From Eledone cirrhosa (Eukaryota): a DNA stretch of 64,000 nt. Below, one piece after another: positions 21,593 to 34,178 of the stretch. A program made the position numbers and the translations under genes. The notes below the pieces were generated by a model. It was given only the letters and a program-made list of their open reading frames with translations. It ran no database searches and was not told the DNA's origin. The stretch covers positions 41,726,001-41,790,000 of the forward strand of contig OZ024743.1 of assembly GCA_964016885.1 (NCBI GenBank), in the 5' to 3' direction. Position 1 is the stretch's first letter; each line of letters starts with the position of its first letter.

Positions 21593-22804
21593 TGTGTGTG
21601 TGTGTGTGCTACATTTGCTCCAACTTGCTTCGTTTATGCAATAGTGACAAATGACATAAGAGACTTATTCTATGTTTTGCTATTTATTCAATAAGTAATT
21701 GTATAAGAGTCATTGCCAAATTAAATATCGTTGGCATTGTTTGTATTATTGATGTCCTTGCTGCTGTCGTTTTAGCATTCGTTGTGGCCGTTAAAAAATG
21801 TTACACTTGTTGGTGCCATTGGCTTTTTGCCTTGTCGTGGTTGTAGATGCAATAGTTGGAGTTGCTGCTGTTGCTCTTGTTACTCATCTTGTTTTTGATG
21901 TTGATGTTGCCAAGGATATTTGGGCTAATACAATTGTCCTTGTTATTCTTCTTATTTCTTTGGTTGGGACTGTCCAATTTGTCTCTCATTGCTCTTCTGT
22001 TTGGCACTTTGCTAATGCTGCTGTTGTTGTTACTGCTAATTAAATATATATTTTTTACTATTGGTCCTCATGTAATTGTGTTGTTGGACAAAACATCGTT
22101 GTTCTTCTGGTTTCTTGTGTGCCTCTTGCTGCAGTAACGTTTAAAGTTGTCGTATCTGTTGTTCCCGTTACTGTGAATCTGCTGTCTTTATTGTTGTTGT
22201 TGGGGATGATGTGACTGTTGTGACTGTTGTTGTTATCTACATTTATGTAGCTATAAAACAACCAAACGAAATCTAACATTAAATGTGGTAGATCAGATTC
22301 AGTGCAAGGTACTGCATCAGACGTATTTCCCCTGTAACTCAGCTAGTGAATCAATCAGCAATCAGCAATCATCAATGATGTCTATTTTCTACAGGAGTTC
22401 ACCTACAATGTAGCAAACCTAATTGAGCATTCATGTCTGTGATGTGAAAACATTTAATTACCAAATTCTGTAAAATTACTATCGATTAGGATCTGCCATA
22501 TTGATTTTGAGTATCACAAATCATGCACAGTAACAGTAACGCTAACATTCGTGCGCACAGACAGATATTCATACATACATGAATATATACGTACATACAA
22601 TTATATATACAACATATATGCATGCATACATACATTCATACGCTTTCAAAATTTAGACAGTTACACACGTATGTGAATTAATTCATATATACATAAGTAT
22701 ATACATACTTATATACATATATACATACATACATTCATACATATTTACATACGTACATGCATACATACATATATACATAAATACATACATACATACATAC
22801 ATAC

Positions 22805-23414
22805 ATGGTGGCTGCCAACTCGTTTTCGAGTACGGCCACTACTTTATATCCATGTAGGAGAACCCCTACCGATGCGCTGAACGAATGTGACTTTTTAGTC
22901 CAGCCAGCGACTTGAAAACTCTGGTACAAACACTACACCTGTGACAATTATTGACACATAGTGCTGGGCCCATGGTACCATGTGACGACAAGTGCAGAGA
23001 GATCTCCAGATGTAAAGCAATGCCTGTGCTGTGAAGCTTTTATAGTGAGCAAAGGCACTGCACAAAGCCAGTCCCACTCTCTTAACCAAGATGATATTTA
23101 CCAAAAAGAAGAACAATTCAACATCATTGGATACCATCAGGGTTGCAGGTGTTATATCAGAGTTTTCCTTCTCCTAGAATTCTGCCTTGACAGAGGCTAA
23201 GGGGTCATCTCTCCCTGTGATTTTGGATGGCCATTGACTCTTAAGAGCTCCTTTGCCCTTTGACAGGTTTTGTTTTTAGTCCTGCAGGATGTCCAAAGTC
23301 ACCCTCCTCACCAAGAAACCTTGGTGGGGTTGCCAGTTTAGTCGCCAACGACCCGACCATGAGACAGGTTGTACTGGGATACATGTTACCAGTAGCACCA
23401 ACTGGTGACCTGAC
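22805..23414 (-). mobile_element. Internally deleted RTE-like LINE remnant retaining its 5' UTR, flanked by (TACA)n
   Basis: RTE 5'-UTR hallmark ctaggagaaggaaaactctga on the minus strand (about 23157-23177), gtcg-ttgg-cgactaaa hairpin, and an APE-like TWYH fragment. Confidence 0.6.
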
Positions 23415-23470
23415 ACAAATACATACATACATACATACATACATAAACACATACATACATATATACATAT

Positions 23471-23787
23471 AATTGTTTCTACATTTGGTACAAGGCCAGC
23501 AATTATCAAGTGCATTACTGGTACTATATTTTATCGACCCCGTAAGGATGAAGGCAAAGTTAACCTCGGCGGGATTTGAACTCAGAAAGGCAAGGGCCGT
23601 AAATCTATGCACCAAAGCATGGTGTCCGACCCACTACCGATACTGCCAATCCACCTCATATATACACATAATTGTTTCTACTTTTGATACAAGGCCAATA
23701 ATTACCCAGTACATTACTGGTACTTTATTTTATCGACCCCGTAATGATGAATTGCAAAGTTGACCTCGGCTGGATTTGAACTCAGAA
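23471..23787 (-). mobile_element. Two Meta-core SINE copies (about 23471-23650 complete; about 23670-23787 truncated at the B box)
   Basis: Same A box, B box and core sequence as the other copies. Confidence 0.82.
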
Positions 23788-24421
23788 TGGACTGTATCTC
23801 AGTTTCGTGGTTCACCATCCCGTAAACTGTTTCGCATACATGAGTGACACGAACCTGATCGTTTCTCTCTGCCAAATATATATAAGTGAATAAATGCGTT
23901 TCATTGGACTAGTCCCATTATATGAATAATGGGGGCAGTTATCCAAAACGTAGAACAGATCACCATCATTAGCTACCAATTGGTCGCTGGTTATTCATCT
24001 GATTTCTTGAGGTAGACATTTGAAAACTGGATGCCCTGTAAAATATAAACTGGTGTAATAGTGTGTTCCTTCACCAAATCGAAAGTCGTATGTTTTCAAG
24101 GTGGCATAGCTATCATTCCATGCATTTAATTTCAACTTACTGATGAAGTTTGGAATATGTCTCGCAAGTGTCCTCCATACGAAGATGAACGTATATATCT
24201 CTTCGTCATTCAATAGAACAGGGACGCAGAGCTTTTCAGAGTTCGGTGCTTTCAGAAGTTCTTTGGCCGAAGATGTATTAATAGTAAACGTTCTATATAA
24301 TATTTCACTTTCTCCTATGAGACAGGGTGTGTATGGATATCAAATTGGAACAGTAATTTAATCTGCTCTGAATAAATGGTTTAGAAATATACTGAATAAC
24401 TACTGTTTCTTGTGTTACAGA

Positions 24422-24521
24422 AATTCGTTGGATCCATCATATGGTCATATGGTTATATGGTATATATATATATATATATATACCATATAACCATATGACC
24501 ATATGATGGATCCAACGAATT
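24422..24521. repeat. Perfect 100-bp palindrome centred on (TA)11
   Basis: aattcgttggatccatcatatggtcatatggttatatgg-(ta)11-ccatataaccatatgaccatatgatggatccaacgaatt. Confidence 0.95.
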
Positions 24522-24527
24522 GTCCAA

Positions 24528-24587
24528 CTAGTCCAGAATTAGACGTCGAAACGGCTTGAGCTCAGCTGTCGGGGTCTTACTGGTTCC

Positions 24588-24592
<5 letters not shown>
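24528..24592 (+). mobile_element. PLE-terminus fragment (hammerhead 3' half, family of 8527-8718)
   Basis: tagtccagaattagacgtcGAAACggcttgagctcagctGTCggggtc, then (TA)n. Confidence 0.72.
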
Positions 24593-24651
<59 letters not shown>

Positions 24652-25028
24652 TCACATACACAAATACACAGACATATGTATTTGGTACGCTTTGGAAAGA
24701 AAAGAATACCTAATTCTTCACTTATTCAATTCTTCAAAATGTCTCTCCGGATAAAAGCAAGTATGTCGTTAAAGAGAATTATCTTTCAACTGTCGTAACT
24801 GGTAAAGTATGTTTGATCCAATTTATCTATATTTGAATTACTTTTCCTGTCCTTATTCTCGATTTGTAACTATACGATCGCACAGACAAAAACCAGAAGG
24901 ACACATGAATTCTCATTAATATATATATATATATATATATAAGTATTAACACAACAGTTAGTACACCAAATTGAGAACAATTGTTTCACCTCATATATAT
25001 ATATATGTCTATATATATATATATATAT

Positions 25029-25207
25029 AATTGTTTCTACTTTAGGCACAAGGCCAGCAATTACCCAGTGCATTACTCGTACTTTATTTTATCGACCCCG
25101 TAAGGATGAAAGGCAAAGTCAACCTCGGCGGGATTTGAACTCAGATCGTAAAGGGACGTAACTATGCTGGAAAGCATGGCGTCCGACTCTCTACCGATAC
25201 TGCCAAT
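25029..25207 (-). mobile_element. Meta-core tRNA-derived SINE (best-preserved copy)
   Basis: Minus strand: tggcagtatcgg (A box)...gagttcaaatcc (B box)...gcctttcatccttacggggtcgataaaataaagtac. Confidence 0.85.
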
Positions 25208-25231
25208 TCACCGTCCATATATGTATATATG

Positions 25232-25287
<56 letters not shown>

Positions 25288-25288
25288 A

Positions 25289-25477
<189 letters not shown>

Positions 25478-25790
25478 CAGCCTAAGGAAATATATAATAG
25501 ATGAGTTTATATACCACATCACTGGGAGCAGTACAACTGAAGTGAATTTACGAACGTGCATATTTTAAACGCTTATCGTGGTAGTAAATTTGGAAGTTTC
25601 ATTAATTTCCCGTTGACTAGCCAAAGTTTACAATCAATTTAATATATACATACATAAAATTGTTTATACATAAGAGAATTGTTATATAATTAGATATATT
25701 ATATGTTCAAAGACACACCCAGATATATATTTACACACATACTCATATACATACACATATACGCACACACACACAAACACACACACACAC

Positions 25791-25883
<93 letters not shown>

Positions 25884-25920
25884 TATATATATACATTCAC
25901 ACACTCATTATATATATATA

Positions 25921-25965
<45 letters not shown>

Positions 25966-25971
25966 GTATAT

Positions 25972-27127
25972 ATAAAGTTAGTCCTTCATCAGTGATCTTC
26001 CAACCATCATTGGTATTTCATCGCTTTAAAGACCATATACCTCCGGTTGGTGCGTGCAACGGCTAAAAAAAGTCGTTGGGACACGTAAATAAAGAGGACA
26101 CGAGTGTAAACAAACAAAGATGGTGAAGCAACGAAAAGTGAGGAAGAAGGAGTCAAGTCCCAAATTTCTATGAAGTTAAATTCGGTGAAATCGTGAACGA
26201 GAGAGAATAAAGACCATCAAACTTGGTTGGAATGTGAGCAAGGAAGGAATTCCGTACAGGTCTAACGGGAGGAAGAAGGGATCTAGTCTGTGAATTCGGT
26301 GAACGTAAGAGTTGTGAAATCGTAGACGAGAGAGAGAAAAAAAGCGACCTGCCAGACCAAGGGTGCGAAAGAAAAGAATTACGCACAGGTCAAACGGGAA
26401 GAAGGAGGAGGGGGGAGAGGTAGTAACAGAGAATGAGTGAGTGAAGGGTGTGGAAGAGGCTAAACGAGAGAGTGACTGCTAGAGAGGGTAAAGATACAGA
26501 GAAAGAGGAAGCAGTAAGAACGAAATAGACGGATCACAGCGGGGAAAAAATGTGTAAATATGAGAATAAACGTACTGCGTGGTTGCTAATGGGTTACATA
26601 TGAATAAAGTTAGTCCTTCATCAGTGATCTTCCAACCATCATTGGTATTTCATCGCTTTAAAGACCATATACCTCCGGTTGGTGCGAGCAACGGCTAAAA
26701 AAAGTCGTTGGGACACGTAATTCTCTCGTCTACGATTTCACAGAACTTACGTTCACCGAATTCACGGACTAGATCCCTTCTTCCTCCCGTTAGACCTGTA
26801 CGGAATTCCTTCCTTGCTCACATTCCAACCAAGTTTGATGGCCTTTATTCTCTCTCGTTCACGATTTCACCGAATTTACATTCATAGAAATTTGGGACTT
26901 GACTCCTTCTTCCTCACTTTTCGTTGCTTGACCATCTTTGTTTGTTTACACTCGTGTCCCCTTTATTTACGTGTCCCAACGTCTTTGTTTAGCCGTTGCT
27001 CGTACCAACCGGAGGTATATGGTCTTTAAAGCGATGAAATACCAATGATGGTTGGAAGATCACTGATGAAGGACTAACTTTATTCATATGTAACCCATTA
27101 GCAACCACGCAGCACGTTTATTCTCAC
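25972..27127. mobile_element. Non-coding tandem/inverted element with a 632-bp monomer (probably PLE-derived)
   Basis: ataaagttagtccttcatcag recurs at 25972 and 26604; 26722-27127 is an inverted partial copy. CTGATGA at about 27063; flanked by (TA)n; homologue at 56619-57561. Confidence 0.75.
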
Positions 27128-27164
27128 ACACATATATATCAAATATATATATATAAATACATAA

Positions 27165-29506
27165 AATAAAATAACAGGTGGCTGTACTGATGTAAATCCT
27201 TGAAAGGTGTATTATCCTATGATCATTTCAATGACCGGGTTCCATATGATTCCGGTGATATCATCAGGTATTGGAATATAACTAAGGAATGTGTAAAAAA
27301 CCATGGGTCCGAAAAATCAGAGACAGAGACAAAGAGTATAGTATAATAGTAGAGTATAGTATAATAAACCTTTCAAGGATTTACACCAGTCCAGCCTCCT
27401 GTTATTTTATTTTATGTATAATTAACTCCGTATTCGCACCACCAACTACACACACGAAGACGGGTGAACTGCACTGCGTTGCGTACTCTTCACAATATTA
27501 CACCAGGATTGACCATACGGAATGACCAGTTCTATCCAGTGGTGAACCAACAAACCTAAAGAAATAATGCTCCAATAATATTGAGCACTCCAAAATGTAA
27601 TTGTGAACAGCGGCACTGACTTCAGTGTACAGCTATTGCCAGCATGGGATTAACTGAGCTACTTTGGCTGCTCTGTGCTTTATCTACCACCACCTGATAC
27701 TACTTCCTTGTCGGGATGATTCCGATTCCGACAAAACTCTACGTATTATACTAAAACATGTATTGTATTGACTGAATTCTCTACTCTATACCTCAGGACT
27801 TTTTGTGACTCGCCCTGAATTCGGAGACCCGAACTTTACAATAGGTACAACCTGTTACCATTCCATCTCCTCCATCCTCTATATCTATATGTACAACCTG
27901 TATTATCTTACTACAACTTGATCTATATTGTATTTCCCCTACACTGTGATCCCTCCGATACGTTATTATATACTTCCGTCTTTCTACATCCCAAGTTATT
28001 TACCTTTATTAATTTTCCATTATTTCATTAATGTATATTTTTTTTATTTTTTTTATATTTTATTAATGTATTTTTATAAATGTATTCTATCTTTATATTT
28101 GTATTTTATCTTTGTATCCTGCTTTTATTATTTTTTTGTAACTTTCCTTACTCAGGTCATTATGCACCTTCATAGCCCCCTACCCACCTAAGATCCACAC
28201 TACTTATAACCCGGACTAACTGGGACTTTAAAATAAGTTTGGTCTATTTGCACTTTTCATTGTTTGGTGGCTTTTCCCGGCAGGGCGCTGGGCACTAGGG
28301 AAGTTCCGCCTTCCTTGCGTGCTCGGAAAAATAAATTTCTCCTCTTTCGGTAAACGAAATTACTCGGGCGGATTGCTTTGCCCCGTTCCCACCGCGCCGC
28401 CTGTTTTGGCCACCATATTATACTTATAGCTATAAACTCCAGGTTTAGGCATAACTATTAGCTGTATCATGCCTCTACTGGCACTTAAATAAACCCCTCA
28501 TGTGTGATTTAATAATATTCGTTTGGTATAGACGATTGCCTGTCGAAATGTTGGGGTGCCCGCTGGCGCTCCCGGGGCCTAATGTAGGTACGTTCCTAGA
28601 GTACTTGGAAAAATTAATTTCAATTTCTTTCGCTGGACGATACCACACGAAACTGGCTGACTCATAGGGGGGGGGGGGGGGGGGCTGGGGCTGGCTGGCA
28701 CTCGCAATCGAAATCTTTACTCTATATCCCTTCCCAATATCTTATCGAGATAAAATGTTTTCAGATATGACTCTCTCTTTAAGTTCATTAAATAAATCTC
28801 GCTACCTTAACCTTTAATTTTCTAATAACTTATTTTGCAATTTATCATTTTGCAATTTAATATTATTAATTTAATTTAATTTCAACCTATAACTCGCAAC
28901 ATAATTTTAACGTGCCAATCTTCGGTTCACACATTAGACCATAGAGACAACCATTATAGATTCTTTGGAGTAGCATTTTTTCGCGGCATTTTCTAGCATG
29001 AATGTAGTGTGACCCTTACGGTGACATTTCTCCCTTTCTTTCTTCCCCTTTTTCTTTGACGTAGAGGTGGTAGTGCATTATAAGCCTTCGCCCCCTCACC
29101 AGATGTTCATTAGTAGATTCAGATGCCATCACTTTGAGGGCGACTGGCCGAGATAAAGGCAGATAGTTGGTCAGTCGTCCTCTTTGTCTCTGTCTCTGAT
29201 TTTTCGGACCCATGGTTTTTTACATATTCCTTTGTAATATTCCAATACCTGATGATATCACCGGATTCATATGGAACCCGGTCATTGAAATGGTCATAGT
29301 ATAATAAACCTTTCAAGGATTTACACCAGTTCAGCCTCCTGTTATTTTATCTTATGTATAATTAACTCCGCATTCGCACCACCAACTACACATACGAAGA
29401 TGCGTGAACTGCACTGCGTTGAGTACTCTTCACAATATTACACCAGGATTGACCATACGGAATGACCAGTTTTATCCAGTGGTGCACCAAGAAACCTAAA
29501 GAAATA
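27165..29506 (+). mobile_element. Non-coding PLE/retrozyme-like element: ~208-bp direct repeats (27359-27566, 29299-29506), hammerhead at 29245-29302, inverted copy of about 29180-29350 at 27165-27336
   Basis: Repeats read directly from the sequence; no long ORF in the interior. Confidence 0.75.
29245..29302 (+). ncRNA. Candidate type-I hammerhead ribozyme (inverted twin at about 27213-27271)
   Basis: atac-CTGATGA(29249-29255)-imperfect long stem II (accgg/ccggt)-GAAA(29287-29290)-T-ggtc-ATA^-gtat. Stem I is atac/gtat, stem III is AT/AT; the twin has the palindromic loop GATC. Confidence 0.62.
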
Positions 29507-29507
29507 T

Positions 29508-32500
29508 CTAAGGCGGGTAAAATTTCCGAGATCCATGGACGAGTTCTCTCCAGCGGTCTCTGTCCCTCATTATTGCTGCCATGTTCTGCGTCTCCAACAG
29601 ACCAGTGACTGGCCTTAGGGCATCAACATACGTTAACCTTGGTCTTCCTCTTCTAGTGTGTCCATGTAGGGGCTCCCAAAGGAGTACTGAGTGCAATGTC
29701 AACTCTGGATGTCGGTGAGCATGTCCAGCTAACCTCAGTCTCCTCTGTGTCACTTTTGAGCTGACTTTTGGGATGCTCCCATACAGCTCTGAGTTTTTCA
29801 TCCTCAGTGTATACTGATTAATGTTCAGAGCCATCCTCAGCATTCTCGTGTAGCACCCATCCACCATCTGAGTGAGTTTCTTGGTCAGTGTCCAAGTCTC
29901 AGACCCATACAGCAGCACAGACTCCACTACAGCAATGAAGAGGCGGATTTTCAGGTCTCTACGAAGGTCCGACTTCCACACCGATCTCAAGCTGTGGCAC
30001 ACCGCCCAGGCCTTGTTCTTCCTCTCAACCACATCATCTTCCGTATTCCCAATCTTTGCTCCCAAATACAAGAAGTCCTCAACCAATTCCAGTGGCTTCC
30101 CGCCTACATTAGTGATCCCCTCTGGCTTCTCAACATTCTCTACCAGATATTTTGTTTTAGTCTCATTCATTCTCAGCCCCACACTCATCGACACAGTTTC
30201 AACCTCTCGCATCAAATCCTCTGCCTCCTTCACTGTATTTGTCACCAAAACTATGTCGTCGGCAAATTCAGCATCCGATACCTTTTTCGCCCTAACTCTC
30301 CTGCTCTGAGCCGGTGCTACAGTAAAGCCAGAGTCCTGGTGTTTCTCCAGTGCAAGGCGCATACAATAGTCCACTACGATGATAAAAAGGTAGGGAGCCA
30401 ATGTATCTCCCTGGATCACTCCAGCCAGTATCTCAAGGAACTATGTCATCCCATCAGGTGTAATGACTTGGGCTTTGGTGTTGGTGTAGAGCAGTGATAT
30501 GAGGTCCACTATCTTCTTGGGGATTCCATAAGCCTGTAAGATCTTCATCAGGCAGTAATGGTCCACAGAATCAAAGGCCTTCCTAAAGTCAATGAAAACC
30601 ATGATCGCAGGAAGGCACTTTGCTCTAGCTCCCTCTAATATCCACCTCAGCATCAGGATGTGACTGGTGGTTGATCTACCCTCTCTGAAGCCGTTCTGGT
30701 TGTCCCTGAGCTTCTTCTCCATCTCAGGCTGGATCCTGTTAAGAATCATCCTGTTGAGGGTCTTTGCCACAAGTGACGTCAGTGAGATCCCCCGGTAGTT
30801 GTTGGTGTTAGAGAGATCTCCCTTCTTTGGCACTGGGACGATGTTGCTGATCCTCAACTGATTCGGGGCAACACTTTTCTCCAGTGCCCCGTTACAGAAC
30901 CCCAGGATGATGCAATCAAAATCACACCTCTTCATCACCTCTGATGCCAGCCCATCTTCTCCATGAGCCTTGCCCTCCTTGATCCTCGTCTTGGCTCTCT
31001 GAAACTCCTCTCTGGTGAAGGGCTCTGTCTCAACATCCAGTTCCTCAAACAGCCGCCTGATCTCCCCAGTGCTCTTGGCTGTGCAGGGTGGCTCTCCTAG
31101 TAGGGTCCTAAAATGGTCTAGCCATTTCCTCTTCCTACCCTCGGGCCCCGTTTCCTGGATCTGACTCGAACACCTGCTCTTCCTCCCTGTTTATCTCGTT
31201 GATGATCATCCCGCTCTCCTTACATCCACATCTGTCAACCGCTCTCTCCACACTTCTGATCTTCTCTATCAGTGCCTCCTCTCTGACCTCCGTAGGATCA
31301 GCATAGAATTGATCCCTGGCAGCTTTCAGGTGTTCTCTGGCTGCACACACTTTTGGGTTTGCAGAGCTGACGTGCTTCCCTTTGTTCTTTTTCCTCGGCA
31401 CCAGGGTTTCACTTGCTTCCGCCACTGCATTGGTGAAGTGCCCGTACCTCCTCGTCACACTCTCCTCGGTCCATCCAATCTCTCTCTCCTCTGACTCTCC
31501 ACACAGAGCAGTAAACCTGTTTCTCACTTCCACTGTGAACCTCTCCTGTAGCCTATCATCTTCCTTGAAAGCTCCCCAGTCATAGATTGTTCTCCGGGGC
31601 TGAGCCTTGCTCTTTCTTAAGCTCACGCGGACCTCACTCATAACAAGCCGGCGGTCACTACCCAGTGTACTGAAATAGCTGTATGGTTCCGTGTTCAGAA
31701 CACTATTCCGCCACTTTTTCCTCACCAGAATGAAATCAATCTGGGACTTGGACAGGTGCATATCTGAGATGTAGGTCCACATCTTCCCCAGATTTTTCCT
31801 AAACCCTAGGTTGGTCGCCATCAAGTTCGCCTCCAGCAGGGTGTCTCTCAGTAGTCTTCCATTTCGGTTGGTGTTGTTATGGAAGTACCAGCAAGGATCT
31901 TCACTGCCCTCCTTACTCAGATGTGCATTGAAGTCCCCCAAAACAAGCAGGATATTGTGTGCCTGAGTAGTGTTGACAGCTCTACACAGCTCCTCATGGA
32001 ACTCTTCCGCACTCACATCACTGTCCCCCTCGGTTGGACTATAGGCTGAGATGACTGTCAGTCTTGGGTTTGCATTGAAGGTCACCCTCAACACTCGCGG
32101 GGAGATAGGCATTATTTCCCCCACCAACAGATTACTTTTTGTACTGAACACAAAACCCACTCCTCCTACTGCAGCATTTGTTGTGTTATTCACTGCCGAT
32201 GTAGTGATGAGCTGGCTCTTCTTCCCGATCATCACACTCCTCACGGGCTCATCGTGTAGGATCCTGTGTTCTTGGATCGCAAGTATCTGTATACCACTAA
32301 CCTCGAACAGATGTCCCAACTCCTCTCTCTTCTCCAGCGTCCGAATAGTCCTCACATTCAAAGTGCCCATTTTGATGGCTCTTCTGCAGGACAAAACTGC
32401 ATTCTTTATATTTGTCTCAGAGACAGCTGATCCATCATCCACTGGCCCTCTCTGTGGCTCTAAGCCAGCAGAGTCATAACGACCAGGCTGCTCCTTGACA

Positions 32501-32764
32501 GTGTAATTAGGGGCTCTAACCCTAGTGCTGCTAGATCGACTCTCCATATTTCTTTTCATGGTATGGCTGACAATACCTTACCGGCGCCACTCGAATAAGG
32601 TAGTTATTTAACACATAAATGGAGCCCTAACAGGTACTACCACCCCGGGCCAGGGCAGACCTGGGAGTTATGACAACTAAGGGATAACTCCACATTCCCC
32701 ACATCTCTGGAACTCCCGAACTAGAGCCTTGCCACTGGATGTAGTTTAATGTCATACCCAGGAT
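29508..32764 (-). mobile_element. Near-full-length RTE-clade LINE (APE endonuclease + RT), disrupted
   Basis: APE: GTLNVRT, IQEHR, AYSPT, LGDFNA, QIDFIL, SDR. RT: PVPKKGD, YRGISL, QNGFR, DFRKAFDSV, QGDTLAP, FADD, RRGRP tail. In-frame TAG at 30441 and a frameshift/deletion near 31140-31250; about 200-bp 5' UTR. Confidence 0.93.
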
Positions 32765-32828
32765 AGAAATATATATATATATATATATACATAAAGAAAT
32801 ATATATATATATATATATTCACACACTC

Positions 32829-32881
<53 letters not shown>

Positions 32882-33269
32882 TTATTTATTTATATATATA
32901 TATATAAATACATATATGCTTAGATGGATGGATGTTTTGGAAACATCATAGACGAATTTAATTCAATTTCCTTATCATATACTTGTAAAATTAATTCATG
33001 CGTGCCGAAATATTTAAATGAAGAAAGTAAATCATAAAATATAATATATAATAAATAATGTCCACCGAAAAGCAAACGAACAATCAAAAATATCAAAAAA
33101 TAAAAACACCTTAAAATTAAAAATATGAATATAAATAACTATAAAATACAAAGAATCTCAATATTTGAATTATGTTATGAAGACATAATCGTTGTATATT
33201 AGATCTTCAGAATACAAGTCTGGATATTGTAGACTTGATGTATTTTGAAAGATGGAACCATTGTTTTTC

Positions 33270-33700
33270 TTGCCGACTGTAGTGGTGTTGGTGGTGCATG
33301 TAGTGATGTTGATAATGGTGGGTATGGTGCGTGTTAATGGTTGTAGATGGTGCCGCTGAAGGGAGTGTATGTTGTGGCTGTTGTCTTTGTGATGATGGAG
33401 GTGTTAACTACATTGGCTATTGTGGTGTTGACTGTATTCGTTGAGGTGGTGGTGATGATGTTGGCAACAGTTGTGATGTTGATGTATTGGTGGTGTTGTT
33501 GGTTTGGGTGTCGTCACGAATGTATCAGCGGATGTGATGATTATGATTTTAGCGTGAGCAATGTTGGCGGTAGTTTAGACTATTCATGTATGTGGGAGTA
33601 GTAATATGTTGGCAACAGGGGTGGTAATGGAAATGGTGAGGGTGTTGGCAATGACGATTGTGTTTTCAACGGTGACGGTAGTGTTGCCCACTGTATTTGC
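33270..33700. repeat. Degenerate GT-rich trinucleotide low-complexity tract (similar tracts at 21720-22245, 39240-39545, 47390-47700; CA-rich at 48500-48900)
   Basis: ggt/gtt/gat-rich; produces poly-Val/Leu pseudo-ORFs. Confidence 0.75.
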
Positions 33701-34047
33701 GGATGTGTTATTGGTATAGTGTTGGCTATGTTGGCGTTTTCATTAAAATTTCTTCAGTTATAATTTTGTATTGCTATGTTTTTCAAATGAAATTCAATCA
33801 ATATAAAACATAGCAGATGTAATCATTAGCAAGTTCCGACAATTCTTGTTAAAGACACAAAAAATATCTAAATAAATAAGTATTTATGTGAATTAATACA
33901 TTTTCAAACAACAAATGATATTAAGTGCACAAGAGGGTTGGTTTATCATACGTCTGTATGGTGTATGTACATAGACACACACGCTTACAGACAAACACAC
34001 ACATACACACACACACACACATACATATATCTGTATATATATATATT

Positions 34048-34178
<131 letters not shown>

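Noticed and set aside
21798-22279. Hydrophobic Leu/Val-rich ORFs resembling membrane proteins (also 33347, 39326, 48439)
   Set aside because: They arise from degenerate GTT/GGT trinucleotide tracts.
23310-23352. Pistol-ribozyme-like hairpin plus UAAA on the minus strand
   Set aside because: The would-be pseudoknot strand (ccaa) is better paired in a 7-bp hairpin, and the conserved pistol core is absent.
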